From positions 8,502 through 72,501 of the forward strand of contig CAUSKO010000001.1 of assembly GCA_963532255.1 (NCBI GenBank): a stretch of 64,000 nucleotides of DNA, in the 5' to 3' direction. This stretch comes from an uncultured Gemella sp. (lineage in GTDB: Bacteria; Bacillota; Bacilli; Staphylococcales; Gemellaceae). The number at the start of each line of letters is the position of its first letter. The stretch's first letter is position 1. This document shows, in pieces, positions 23,617 through 34,362 of the stretch. The position numbers were made by a program, and so were the translations under genes. The notes under the pieces were generated by a model. The model was not told the DNA's origin. It saw nothing but the letters and a program-made list of their open reading frames with translations, and did not search any database.

Positions 23617-23646
23617 ATATTAAAGCAAAAGTCAAAAAAAATCAAA
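23617..23646 (-). promoter_or_regulatory. groESL sigma-A promoter overlapped by a CtsR-like direct repeat
   Basis: Minus strand TTGATT-17-TAATAT; plus strand AGTCAAA-AAA-AATCAAA resembles the CtsR heptad repeat. Confidence 0.55.
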
Positions 23647-23880
23647 CTTTACATTTTAATATTATTTTATTAATGTCTACAGTGGATTGAAATCAAAATA
23701 TTACAATGTTATCCCTATATTTAAATGTATATATTATTGTTAAAAGAACATAATATTAGTGCGTTTCAATCGACAATCACAAGCAAATTATTTTTATATC
23801 GATTTATATCATGTTAAAATTTTATTTGTATAAAAAGTAATTATACGGAAATTAATTCAAAATAAATAGGAGGAAATCGT

Positions 23881-25242
23881 ATGAAATACGTAGTTGTTGG
23901 AACTTCTCACTTCGGTTATGAAGCAGTTCAAACTATTTTAAAAAATGAGCCTAATGCTGAAATTCATTTATATGAAAGAGGTGCTGGGGCTTCATTTATG
24001 GGATGAGGTAGTCAATCATATTTAGATGGGACATCTAAAGCATTATCTGAACTACACTTTGCCAATGAAGAATCTTACCGATCTCAAGGAATTAACATCC
24101 ACTGTAATAGTGATGTTATTAAATTAAATACAGAAGAAAAATATGTTGTAGTAAAAACACCTGCTGGTGAAGAAAAACAAACATATGATAAATTATTATT
24201 AAGTCCTGGAGGAGTTGCTGTAAAACCTCCATTTGAAGGAATTGAACTAGAAAATATTCACACTTTCCGTGGACCAGAAGATACACAAGCTGTTTACGAT
24301 TGTATGCAAAACAGTAAAAAAGCAGTAGTCGTTGGTGGTGGTTATATTGGTCTTGAAGTTGCTGAATCATATGCAAAACAGGGAATCGATGTAACAATCG
24401 TTGACTTCGCTCCAAGAATTTTAAACACTTATTTAGACCAAGAACTTACAGATATTTTAACTGAAGAAGGTGCTAAACATAACCTTAAAGTTCGTGGCGG
24501 AGAAAAAGTTCTTTCATTCAAAGGTGAAAATGGAAAAGTAACTTCAGTCGTAACTGATAAAGGTGAATACGAAGCTGATACTGTTATTGTTTCTGTTGGT
24601 GTTCGCCCAGACGCTTCTTGGTTAAGTGAAGAATTAGAGATGACTGAGCGTGGTTTTGTTGTAACTAACGAATACTTAGAAACGTCAGCTAAAGATGTTT
24701 ATGCTGGAGGAGATTCTACAATTCTTCCTTATGCACCTACTCGTGGAGAGTTACCAATTGCATTGGCAACATTAGCACGTCGTCAAGGTGTAGTTGCTGC
24801 TTTAAATGCAATGGGACAAAAAACTAAAATGCCTGCAGTAAATGGAACTTCTGCATTATCATTCTTTGATTACAAATTCGTAAGTACTGGATTATCACAA
24901 AATGGTATTGGGCTTTATGATGGTAAAGTTGCTTCTAAATATGTAGAAGAACGTATTTACCCTGATTTTATGAGAAAAGAAAATAATCTTGTTCATATGA
25001 AAATTTACTTTGATGAAGATACTCACAGAATACTAGGTGCACAGTTTATGTCTAAACATGATGTTTCTAATGCTATTGCTGCTTTATCAATAGCAATTTC
25101 ATCTGAATGGACTTTAGAACAATTAGCACTTGCCGATATCTTCTTCCAACCAGAATTTGACCGTCCATGGCACTTTATTAACGTACTTGCTATGGCTGCT
25201 TTAGACTATAAACTTGGTGGAGCAGATAAATTACTATTCTAA
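23881..25242 (+). CDS. NADH peroxidase/oxidase (453 aa) with in-frame TGA at catalytic codon 42; candidate selenoprotein
   Basis: AGGAGG RBS, then MKYVVVGTSHFG...SFMG*GSQ; the frame runs into the 24304 ORF with no other stop; GGGYIG, DVYAGGD, FFQPEFDRPW. Confidence 0.88.
24006..24048 (+). promoter_or_regulatory. Putative bacterial SECIS hairpin
   Basis: Upper stem TTTAGATG/CATCTAAA with GGA loop 22 nt after the TGA; lower stem AGGTAGT/ATTATCT (2 G-U pairs). Confidence 0.65.
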
Positions 25243-25249
25243 TAAAAAT

Positions 25250-25288
25250 GAAAAGATGTTCGCAGAAAAATTTCTGCGAACATCTTTT
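25250..25288. terminator. Bidirectional terminator between the NADH peroxidase and mtrB-like genes
   Basis: AAAAGATGTTCGCAGAAA / TTTCTGCGAACATCTTTT perfect inverted repeat. Confidence 0.85.
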
Positions 25289-25490
25289 ACTCTGAAATTA
25301 CTTGATCAAGATTAGATACTATTCTTGCTCTGCCCTGAACTTTAAAATTTACAATATTATCAAAAATATTTAGAATAATGACTTCACCTTTATTTAATAT
25401 TTCAAGTACTTCTTCATTATTAGTTTTTTTTGTAATAACTTTTACATTATCAACCTCTGCCCTAATAATAATATAACTAATCTCTTTCAT
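25287..25490 (-). CDS. mtrB: Divergent TRAP (MtrB) homologue, 67 aa
   Basis: YIIIRAEVDNVKVI / EILNKGEVII / FKVQG align to B. subtilis TRAP; hup-folE-mtrB synteny; GGAGG RBS. Confidence 0.75.
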   Translation of the reverse strand: MKEISYIIIRAEVDNVKVITKKTNNEEVLEILNKGEVIILNIFDNIVNFKVQGRARIVSNLDQVISE

Positions 25491-25514
25491 AATTCCCTCC
25501 ACATTATTTTCAAA

Positions 25515-26075
25515 TTATAATTTAATTTTATATTGAATATCTTTAACCAACTCTGAATCTTCTAAGAAAATACCAGTTTTCTTACTAGTAACAGTTTTTG
25601 AACCAATTTTTTTAATTCCACGCATAGCCATACACATATGTTCTGCTTCTATTATTACATAAACACCTTTAGGCTGTAGTTGCTCTTCAATGGCGTTTAC
25701 TAACATTAATGTCATATCTTCTTGAATTTGTAGCCTTCTGCTAGCACTTTCAACTAAGCGCGCAAGCTTACTAAGCCCTGTTATTTTTTTATTATTTGGA
25801 ACATAAGCAATGTGACAAACTCCATAAAACGGAAGCATATGATGTTCACATAAAGAATAAAACTGAATATCCTTTACTAAAATAGGTTCGTCGTTATCTG
25901 ACTCAAAAAATGTATTAATTTCTTCTTTTGGATCAACATTAGTTTTAGATAATAGCTCTTCATACATATTTACACATCTTTTAGGTGTATCTAGCAATCC
26001 AGCTCTTGAAGTATCTTCTCCAATATTTTCTAATAAAGTTTTAATTAGTTGTTGTGATTGTTCTTTATTTTTCAA
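25515..26075 (-). CDS. folE: GTP cyclohydrolase I
   Basis: TPKR, SLCEHHMLPF, GLSKLAR, HMCMAMRG. Confidence 0.95.
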   Translation of the reverse strand: MKNKEQSQQLIKTLLENIGEDTSRAGLLDTPKRCVNMYEELLSKTNVDPKEEINTFFESDNDEPILVKDIQFYSLCEHHMLPFYGVCHIAYVPNNKKITGLSKLARLVESASRRLQIQEDMTLMLVNAIEEQLQPKGVYVIIEAEHMCMAMRGIKKIGSKTVTSKKTGIFLEDSELVKDIQYKIKL

Positions 26076-26142
26076 AATTAACCTCCATCTTTAAAAAAAA
26101 GAAGTTACTTAATAAGTAACTCCTCTTCTGAATTAAATTTAA

Positions 26143-26415
26143 TTATTTAACTGCGTCTTTAAGAGCTTTACCAGCTTTGAATGCAGGTACTTTGCTTGCA
26201 GCGATTTCAATAACTTCGTTAGTTTGAGGGTTGCGTCCTTTACGAGCAGCTCTTTCTCTTACTTCAAAGTTACCAAATCCGATAATTTGGATTTTTTCAC
26301 CTTTAGCTAAAGTTTCTTCAACTGTTTCTACGAATGCTTCGATAGCTGCAGTTGCTTGTTTTTTTTGTAGTCCTGATTTCTCAGCAACTTTTGAAATTAA
26401 TTCTGATTTATTCAT
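26143..26415 (-). CDS. hup: DNA-binding protein HU
   Basis: MNKSELI, GFGNF, GRNPQT. Confidence 0.97.
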   Translation of the reverse strand: MNKSELISKVAEKSGLQKKQATAAIEAFVETVEETLAKGEKIQIIGFGNFEVRERAARKGRNPQTNEVIEIAASKVPAFKAGKALKDAVK

Positions 26416-26601
26416 TAATTCTTTACCTCCATAATTGAGTAACGGTTTCCCGTTTCACTTATTAAATATTACCATATAAACACTGAATAATCAAGCTTTT
26501 ACTAAAGAAAAAACTAAAAAATCAGCATTTTTTTTCAGTTTTTTGATCAAAAACTTATATTTCTTCTTAATTATATATAAATATTATCCCTGTATATACT
26601 C

Positions 26602-27612
26602 TTACTCGAATTTATTTAGCTCTTCCGCTGCCATTTTTGCCATTAAATTATTAGCACATTCTTTTATATCTAACCCTTCATATAAAACTTTATATATATT
26701 TTCAGTTATTGGCATATAGACATCATATTTTTTCGATAAGAAATAACATACTTTTGTTGTTCTTACCCCTTCTGCTACCATGTCTAATTTTTCTATTGCT
26801 TCTTCTAATGAATAACCTTGACCTATTAAATAACCACAGTTATAGTTTCTAGAGTGTTTAGATGTACATGTTACAACTAAATCCCCAATTCCACCTAAAC
26901 CTAAGAAGGTCATTTCATCTGCACCTAATTTTTTACCTAAACGTGTAATTTCGATTAAACCACGAGTAAGTAACGCAGCTTTAGCATTATCACCATATTT
27001 CATGCCGTCTATTACTCCACAACCTAAAGCTATAATGTTTTTTAGGGCTCCTCCTACTTCTACTCCAACTATATCTTTATTTACATATATTCTGAAATAT
27101 TTATTATGGAAAATGTCTTGTGCAACTTTAGTTAATTCATTATTCTCTGATGCTATAGCTACGACCGTAGGATTTCTTAATACTAATTCTTCAGCATGAG
27201 ACGGCCCACTAAGAACTCCGACACCTTTAAGCTTTTTTGGCTCTATTTCGTCTTGAATTACTTCTGACATTCGTTTATTAGTATCCATCTCTAATCCCTT
27301 AGAAACATGAATAATATATTTCGGTTTATCTAAATATTGATTAATTTTATTTGCGGTCTCTCTCATTACTTTCGTAGGAACTGCTATTACGATAACATCT
27401 GCAAATTTGACCGCTTCTTCAAGATCACTAGTAGCTTTTACCTCATTAGGAAGTACTATATTTTTTAAATACCTACTATTTGTGTGATTATTATTAATCT
27501 CATCCCTTACTAACTCACTTCTAGCATAAATTAACAATTCATGTTTATTATCTACTATTGCTTGTGATAGAGCTGTCCCCCAGCTTCCAGCACCTATTAC
27601 TGACACCTTCAT
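26602..27612 (-). CDS. gpsA: NAD(P)H-dependent glycerol-3-phosphate dehydrogenase
   Basis: GAGSWGTAL, SGPSHA, GALKN, SRN. Confidence 0.95.
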   Translation of the reverse strand: MKVSVIGAGSWGTALSQAIVDNKHELLIYARSELVRDEINNNHTNSRYLKNIVLPNEVKATSDLEEAVKFADVIVIAVPTKVMRETANKINQYLDKPKYIIHVSKGLEMDTNKRMSEVIQDEIEPKKLKGVGVLSGPSHAEELVLRNPTVVAIASENNELTKVAQDIFHNKYFRIYVNKDIVGVEVGGALKNIIALGCGVIDGMKYGDNAKAALLTRGLIEITRLGKKLGADEMTFLGLGGIGDLVVTCTSKHSRNYNCGYLIGQGYSLEEAIEKLDMVAEGVRTTKVCYFLSKKYDVYMPITENIYKVLYEGLDIKECANNLMAKMAAEELNKFE

Positions 27613-27760
27613 GTCTTCACCCTCTTTTTTCTTATTATTATGTATATTATATCAAATATTTTGATATAATCCAAAATAATAGCTATTATTTTATGACACT
27701 TATATAGAATTTTAAAAATATTAAAAAAGCCTTAAGTAAAATTACTTAAGGCTCTTTATT

Positions 27761-28648
27761 TTATTTACGTTTTTTCTTATTTGAAACAAGTGTTACTTTA
27801 TTTGGATCAAACGCTTGTTTTTTCTCTTTTTCAGGTTTATACGGTGGATAAATTTTATATCCTAGGTAAGTTTGGAATATTAAGAATAATCCCCCAACAA
27901 TATAATAAACGGCCACGGCACCAGCTACCCAGAATGAGAATACTGCGATCATTACAGGACTTAACCATTGCATCATTTGCATTTGTCCTTGCATCGCTTC
28001 TTGACCAGGTTGTACTAAAGGTGGGTTTATAGACATTGTTAATTTTGTTTGAATCGCATAAACTATAAACGCTATTATAGGTAATACATATGATCTTGTT
28101 CCTAAACTAAATATTCCTAAGAATGTTGAATCAATGATTCCTGCTGAATATAGTGGATTTGTTAATGTGAAGAATAAACCTGTTAAGAATGGCATTTGAA
28201 TAAGTAGTGGTAGACATCCTCCTACGCTAATAGGGTTAGCATCATATTTTTTCATAATTGCCATTTGTTCTCTTTGAAGCTCCATAAGTTCAGCACGAGC
28301 TTGTGTTTTCTCTTCATTAGAGATTGCTCTAGCTTCTTTTTCACGAGCAGCTTTTTGTTTCTCTTGAACAACTTCTAACTCAGGACGAGCTAATACTTGT
28401 CCACGACGAGCTTTATTTTGTGTTTTATAGTTGTTTAACATGAATGGTAAAATTATAATACGAACTATTAGTGTAATAATTACAATTGACCATCCCCAAC
28501 TACCAACATATTCATGTATTTTACTTAAAAACATATCCATAGGTTTTACAAATGTTTCATAAAATGTACCATCTCTATCTTGTGCTGAACACCCTGATAA
28601 GAAGAATACACCTGCAAAACCTAGCATAAGTGCAGATAATTTTTTCAA
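27761..28648 (-). CDS. yidC: Membrane protein insertase YidC (lipoprotein)
   Basis: LSGC lipobox, GCLPLLIQMP. Confidence 0.92.
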   Translation of the reverse strand: MKKLSALMLGFAGVFFLSGCSAQDRDGTFYETFVKPMDMFLSKIHEYVGSWGWSIVIITLIVRIIILPFMLNNYKTQNKARRGQVLARPELEVVQEKQKAAREKEARAISNEEKTQARAELMELQREQMAIMKKYDANPISVGGCLPLLIQMPFLTGLFFTLTNPLYSAGIIDSTFLGIFSLGTRSYVLPIIAFIVYAIQTKLTMSINPPLVQPGQEAMQGQMQMMQWLSPVMIAVFSFWVAGAVAVYYIVGGLFLIFQTYLGYKIYPPYKPEKEKKQAFDPNKVTLVSNKKKRK

Positions 28649-28790
28649 TTTCGGACTCCTTAATAATTTATTTTTTAAAAATTAAAAATAAGGTAAATCA
28701 TTTACCTTAACTAATTCTAATTACCTAGTAAATTATATCAAATTAAAAAGAGGTAGTCAATAAAAGTTTTGCTACCTCTTCGAAATATTA

Positions 28791-30077
28791 CTAATTTTTA
28801 CTATTTTTATCTTTTGGAAGGAATGCATTTAATAATACACCACTTATAGCAGCAAGTGCCATTGCTGGAAGTTCAAAGTTAATACTTTCAAATTTTAACA
28901 TTGCTCCACCAACACCTAGTACAATAATAACTGATGAAATAACTAAGTTTCTATTTATACTTAAATCTACTTTTTCATCAACTAACATTCTTAAACCACT
29001 AGATGCTATAATACCAAATAATAATATTGAAACTCCACCCATTACCGGTGATGGTATTGTAGAGATTAATGCAGAGAATTTACCAACAAAACTTAAAATA
29101 AGTGCAAATACGGCAGCTCCTCCTAATACAAATACAGAGAATATTCGTGTGATTGCTAATACTCCTATGTTCTCACCATAAGTAGTACTTGGTGGTCCTC
29201 CTAATAATGATGCAAACATCATTGCTGTACCATCAGCTAAAATTGAACGATGTAATCCAGGATCTTTTAAGAAGTTACGTCCAACTACTTCTGAAAGAAC
29301 CATTTGATGTCCGATATGTTCATTTATTGTAACTATAGCTATAGGTACCATTGCAAGTGCTGCAATATTCCACTCAGGTGTATAAGTTACGAATGGAACT
29401 GTAAACTTAGGTAAACTAAACCACGGTGCATCAATAACTGGTTGAAAATCAACTAAACCTGCAATTACTGCTACTATATACCCAAATACTATTCCTAGTA
29501 ATACCGGTATTTGTTTTGCAAATCCTTTTAATGCAACACAGCAGAAAATTGTAGCTGCTAATGTTATTAATGCTACTGTAAAGTATGTTAAATCATATAC
29601 CTTAGCATCTCCAACTTTTTTGTTCATAGCCATATCTATAGCTGTTGGTGCTATTCCAAGTCCAATAACTATAATAATTGGTCCTACTACAACTGGAGGT
29701 AAAAGTTTTAATAACCAATTTACTCCAAATTTATAAATAAACATTGCTACAACCCCGTATACTAAGCTGGCTAAAAATGCACCAAGCATAGCTGTTTCAA
29801 CACTATGAGTAGTAGATAATACAATAATAGGATTAATAAAAGCAAAAGAAGATCCTAAATAAGCTGGTATCTTACCTCTTGTTATAAATAAATACGTTAA
29901 AGTTCCTATTCCTGATGTTGTTAATGCTGTACTAGCTGGTAAACCAGTTAAGATTGGCACTAATACTGTTGCTCCAAACATAGCAAATAAGTGTTGTAAA
30001 CTTAGTGTTATCCAAAGTGCCAAACTAGGTCTTTCGTGAACATCTAAGACAGGTTTTATTCTTGTTTGTTGTGACAT
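28791..30077 (-). CDS. uraA: Uracil permease (NCS2, UraA/PyrP)
   Basis: LQHLFAMFGAT, YLGSSFAF, TTYGENIG. Confidence 0.9.
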   Translation of the reverse strand: MSQQTRIKPVLDVHERPSLALWITLSLQHLFAMFGATVLVPILTGLPASTALTTSGIGTLTYLFITRGKIPAYLGSSFAFINPIIVLSTTHSVETAMLGAFLASLVYGVVAMFIYKFGVNWLLKLLPPVVVGPIIIVIGLGIAPTAIDMAMNKKVGDAKVYDLTYFTVALITLAATIFCCVALKGFAKQIPVLLGIVFGYIVAVIAGLVDFQPVIDAPWFSLPKFTVPFVTYTPEWNIAALAMVPIAIVTINEHIGHQMVLSEVVGRNFLKDPGLHRSILADGTAMMFASLLGGPPSTTYGENIGVLAITRIFSVFVLGGAAVFALILSFVGKFSALISTIPSPVMGGVSILLFGIIASSGLRMLVDEKVDLSINRNLVISSVIIVLGVGGAMLKFESINFELPAMALAAISGVLLNAFLPKDKNSKN

Positions 30078-30243
30078 TACTCTTCTCCTTTTTTTATTCA
30101 AACTTTCATAATTATACCACAATGAAAACTATATTAAAAGTTATTTTGAAAAATTTTTAAAAATTTTTTCAAAAATAATTCTTTAAACTCTTTATGATAA
30201 AAAAAACACAAGGTTACTATCTTAACCTTGCGTTTTTATAATA

Positions 30244-30828
30244 TTATTTAACTACTATTTCAGTTATTACTACATCCTCAAGAGGTCTATCTTGAGCATC
30301 AGTATCTACTGCTGCAATTTTATTCAGAACTTCTGAGCCTTCTAATAATTGTCCAAATACTGTGTGACGTTGATCTAGATGAGGTGATCCTCCAACTTCA
30401 GCATATTTTTTTACTGCTTCTTCTGGCCATCCACCATTTTCTAGTGCATTAAGTGTTCTAGCATCTAAATGATTGTTTTGAACAATAAAGAACTGACTCC
30501 CATTTGTTGCTGGCCCAGCGTTAGCCATACTTAAAGCACCATAAAAATGATAATAATCCATAGAGAATTCATCTTCAAAGTTTTCTCCCCAAATTGATTC
30601 TCCACCCATACCTGTTCCAGTTGGGTCTCCACCTTGAATCATAAAGTTATTTATAATACGGTGAAAAATTACTCCATTATAATATCCATTTTTAGCATGA
30701 GTTACGAAGTTTTCTACTGTTTTTGGAATAGCTTTTTCAAATAATTTGAATGACATATCTCCATGATTTGTTTTTATCGTTAACTCGATTTCTCCATCAA
30801 GAATTTCTTTTGTTAATTGTGGTAACAT
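30244..30828 (-). CDS. Cyclophilin-type peptidyl-prolyl isomerase
   Basis: [27 protein letters not shown]. Confidence 0.95.
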   Translation of the reverse strand: MLPQLTKEILDGEIELTIKTNHGDMSFKLFEKAIPKTVENFVTHAKNGYYNGVIFHRIINNFMIQGGDPTGTGMGGESIWGENFEDEFSMDYYHFYGALSMANAGPATNGSQFFIVQNNHLDARTLNALENGGWPEEAVKKYAEVGGSPHLDQRHTVFGQLLEGSEVLNKIAAVDTDAQDRPLEDVVITEIVVK

Positions 30829-30883
30829 ATATTTTCTCCTTTTAATTTTAAAGTAAGGCTATGCCTTTTAACAATATATTATT

Positions 30884-32827
30884 TTATGCGTTTTTCTCAA
30901 TTAATCTTTCATTGATTTCTTTTAAGATATTTTCTTTGAATTCAGTAAAGCTTTCTTCTTTTTGATCATGAGAACCAAATGTTCTAACGTTAACCGCTTT
31001 GTTCTCAACCTCTTTATCTCCAATTACTAAAGTATATGGAATTTTTTTATTTGCTGCTTCACGTATTTTGTATCCAAGTTTTTCATCTCTATCATCAATA
31101 ACTACTTTTACACCAGCTTTTTTAAGCTCTTGCATAATTTCTTTTGAATAATCGTAATGGTAATCATTGTTTACTGGTATAATACGTACTTGGTTAGGTG
31201 CTAACCATGTTGGCAAGTCCCCTTTATATTCTTCTAGTAAGAAGGCAACCATTCTTTCCATAGTAGATACAATACCACGGTGAATTACTACTGGACGATG
31301 AGCTTTCCCATCTTCTCCAATGTATTCTAATTCAAATCTTTCTGGTAACAAGAAGTCTAATTGAATTGTAGAAAGAGTTTCTTGTTTTCCTATTGCTGTC
31401 TCTACTTGAACATCAAGTTTAGGTCCATAGAATGCTGCTTCTCCTTCTGCTTCTACATAATCAAGACCTAATTCATCTGCAGTTTCTTTTAACATTTGTT
31501 GAGCATTATTCCACATGTTGTCATCATCAAAATATTTTTCAGTATTTTCTGGATCTCTGTATGATAAACGGTAACTAAAGTTTTTAATACCTAAGTCTTT
31601 ATATGCTTCTTCAATAAGTCCTACAGTTAGTTTAAATTCATCTTTAAGTTGGTCTGGTCTTACAAAGATATGAGCATCATTAAGAGTCATTCCGCGAACA
31701 CGCTGTAAGCCACTTACTGCTCCACTAGCTTCATAACGGTGCATCATTCCAAGTTCAGCAATACGAATTGGAAGTTCACGATATGAATGACGTTCATTTT
31801 TATAAACCATCATGTGGTGCGGACAGTTCATTGGACGAAGAACCATTGTTTCATGATCCATTTCCATTGGTGGGAACATGTCTTCTTGATAGTGTTCCCA
31901 GTGTCCACTAGTAATATATAAATCTTTAGAACCCATAATTGGAGTATATACGTGGTCATATCCTAGTTCTACTTCTTTATCAACTATGTATCTTTCAATA
32001 GTACGACGAATTGTTGCACCATTAGGTAACCATAGAGGCAGTCCTGCTCCTACTTTTTGACTTGTTGTAAAAATACCTAATTCTTTACCTAATTTTCTGT
32101 GATCACGTTCACGAGCTTCTTGTAATCTAGTTAAGTGTTGTTGTAAATGTTCTTTTGTGAAATATGCTGTTCCATAAATACGTTGTAACATTTTATTATC
32201 ACTATTACCTCTCCAGTATGCTCCTGCTACTGATAATAATTTGAATTCTTTAATTTTAGAAGTTGAAGCTACATGCCCTCCACGACAAAGGTCAGTAAAA
32301 TCACCTTGAGTATAAACAGTAATTGTTTCATCTTCTGGTAAATCATTAATTAATTCAACTTTATATGGATCATCAGCAAAAATTTCTAGCGCTTCTGAAC
32401 GACTTACTTCACGTCCTTCAATAGCAATATTTTCACTAATAATTTTTTTCATTTCTTTTTCGATATTTTTAAAGTCTTCTTCACTAACTTTATATTCTGA
32501 ATCAAAGTCATAGTAGAATCCACCATCTATAGCTGGCCCTACACCAAAGTGTACATCTTTACCATATAATCTTCTTAATGCTTGTGCAAGTAAGTGTGCT
32601 GAAGAGTGACGAAGTACATATAAACTATCTTGATCTTCATCATCTGCTACTATAAGCTTAAGATTACCATCTTTTGTGATAGGTTTATTTACTTCAATAT
32701 AGTCTTCATCTAATTTAGCAGAAATTACTTTTTTCTTAAGACTCACACTTATACTTTCAGCAATTTCTAACGGTGTTTTATTATCATATTCTCTTACATT
32801 TCCATCTGGAAAAACTAATTTAGCCAT
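30884..32827 (-). CDS. thrS: Threonine-tRNA ligase
   Basis: DLCRGGH, RDHRKLG, PMNCPHH, FYGPK. Confidence 0.97.
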   Translation of the reverse strand: MAKLVFPDGNVREYDNKTPLEIAESISVSLKKKVISAKLDEDYIEVNKPITKDGNLKLIVADDEDQDSLYVLRHSSAHLLAQALRRLYGKDVHFGVGPAIDGGFYYDFDSEYKVSEEDFKNIEKEMKKIISENIAIEGREVSRSEALEIFADDPYKVELINDLPEDETITVYTQGDFTDLCRGGHVASTSKIKEFKLLSVAGAYWRGNSDNKMLQRIYGTAYFTKEHLQQHLTRLQEARERDHRKLGKELGIFTTSQKVGAGLPLWLPNGATIRRTIERYIVDKEVELGYDHVYTPIMGSKDLYITSGHWEHYQEDMFPPMEMDHETMVLRPMNCPHHMMVYKNERHSYRELPIRIAELGMMHRYEASGAVSGLQRVRGMTLNDAHIFVRPDQLKDEFKLTVGLIEEAYKDLGIKNFSYRLSYRDPENTEKYFDDDNMWNNAQQMLKETADELGLDYVEAEGEAAFYGPKLDVQVETAIGKQETLSTIQLDFLLPERFELEYIGEDGKAHRPVVIHRGIVSTMERMVAFLLEEYKGDLPTWLAPNQVRIIPVNNDYHYDYSKEIMQELKKAGVKVVIDDRDEKLGYKIREAANKKIPYTLVIGDKEVENKAVNVRTFGSHDQKEESFTEFKENILKEINERLIEKNA

Positions 32828-32874
32828 ATTAAGGTCTCCTTCTTTTTAATGTATACTTAGTCTAACTTATTAAA

Positions 32875-33085
32875 AATAAAAAATCCCTCCTCTAGCAAAA
32901 GCTAAAGAAGGGACGAATAATTTCGTGGTACCACCCAAATTCGAAGTAAATTACTTCCTCTTTGTGAATAAAGCTCACTAACTATGTTTATACTATTAGT
33001 TAGGTAGTAATATATAACGCTTATAGATATTTTCAGCACCATATCCTCTCTTAGATAAGTTAGATATATATCGTATCCTAAGTAT
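32875..33085 (-). promoter_or_regulatory. T-box riboswitch (Thr)
   Basis: GGTGGTACCACG at 32924-32935; GAGAG/GCTGAA stem I; ACT/ACC specifier near 33003-33008; terminator before thrS. Confidence 0.9.
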
Positions 33086-33165
33086 ACTTTGTTTTATTTC
33101 ATTAATGTAATTCTAGCACAAAGACGAATGAATTTCAAGGCTAAATTTATTCGTCTTTATATTTT

Positions 33166-34362
33166 CTATTTATTTTTTCTCCAATAACTTCTAATTCCAG
33201 TTACAGTAAATATTAAAATTAATAACATAAATATATAGTTTTTAAAGCTAAAATACTTAGAAGCTTCCGTTGTTATAACTTCTAATTTTTTATCTATACC
33301 ATTATTTTTCTTAATTTCCATATTTGTTTTTTCAAATTTACTTAAATCATCATTACTAATCTTTGTATTTTTAACTGCAACATAGTATATATATTTTAAA
33401 TCGTTTAACGGAGTTATATCATTTACAGAAGTATTAGAAATATCTAAACTTGAAAGATGTTGAACTGTTTTTAAGATACTTATATCTTTTAAAGCTATAT
33501 TGTCATTAAGCATTAAGCGATAAAGATATCTTTTTCCTTCTAAAGGTGCTATATCTTCTATATTATTTTTATATAAAAGTAGTTCTTCTAGATTTTCTAA
33601 ATTTTTTAATGGCCCAATATCTCTTATATCATTTCTATCTAAATATAGCGTTCTTAAAGTTTTTATATTTTCTAATGGTTTTAAATCCTTAATTGCATTT
33701 TCTTCAGCCACTAAACTTTCTAATTTTTTGGCATTCTGAACAAATGTTATATTATCTAGACCAATTCCAGAAATATTCAAGCTTCTAATGTTATCTAGTT
33801 TTAGATTATTAGGTAGATAATCTTTTAAAATACTATTCATTGAAATGTCCAAAGACTCAATATTAAGCTCATTTAAAAAATCAAGATTATTCATTAAATT
33901 TTTTCTCAAAACTAATTGTCGTAATTTTTTAAGTTTACCTATACTCTGCGGATTTTTAATTTTATTATTAGTTAAATCTAAATCTTCTATATCTGTCAAT
34001 TTTTCTAATGGTGTTAAATCTTCAATAAAATTATTAGATAAATTTAAATTTTTCACATTAGTTGCATACTCTAAACCTTTTAGAGAAAAAATATTTTTCC
34101 AAGGTAATGATAAGCTAGTAAACTGTTTCATCATTCCTACTGTAATATCTTTCCCCGTATATTGTTTATTAATATGAAACTTATAATATTCTAGTAAAGC
34201 CTCTTTCAAGTTTAAGTCATCAAATTGTACTTTTTCACCATTTTCAATTTCCGAATAATTTTTTTCACCAAACGGTACATAAATATCATTTGCAGCTACA
34301 GTTGGTGCTGCTGTTAGTCCAATAACAATAGCTACAAGAGTTTTACATATTACTTTTTTCAT
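33166..34362 (-). CDS. Internalin-like leucine-rich-repeat surface protein
   Basis: Signal peptide, 22-aa LxxLxLxxNxIxDI repeats, C-terminal TM plus basic tail, no LPXTG. Confidence 0.85.
   Translation of the reverse strand: MKKVICKTLVAIVIGLTAAPTVAANDIYVPFGEKNYSEIENGEKVQFDDLNLKEALLEYYKFHINKQYTGKDITVGMMKQFTSLSLPWKNIFSLKGLEYATNVKNLNLSNNFIEDLTPLEKLTDIEDLDLTNNKIKNPQSIGKLKKLRQLVLRKNLMNNLDFLNELNIESLDISMNSILKDYLPNNLKLDNIRSLNISGIGLDNITFVQNAKKLESLVAEENAIKDLKPLENIKTLRTLYLDRNDIRDIGPLKNLENLEELLLYKNNIEDIAPLEGKRYLYRLMLNDNIALKDISILKTVQHLSSLDISNTSVNDITPLNDLKYIYYVAVKNTKISNDDLSKFEKTNMEIKKNNGIDKKLEVITTEASKYFSFKNYIFMLLILIFTVTGIRSYWRKNK

Noticed and set aside
24304..25242. ORF-track 312-aa protein as the complete gene
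   Set aside because: It lacks the N-terminal FAD-binding region and catalytic residue and has no clear RBS; the frame extends to the ATG at 23881.
30078..30243. PyrR attenuator upstream of the uracil permease
   Set aside because: No AGUCCAGAGAGGCU-type binding loop seen; only the terminator of the upstream gene.
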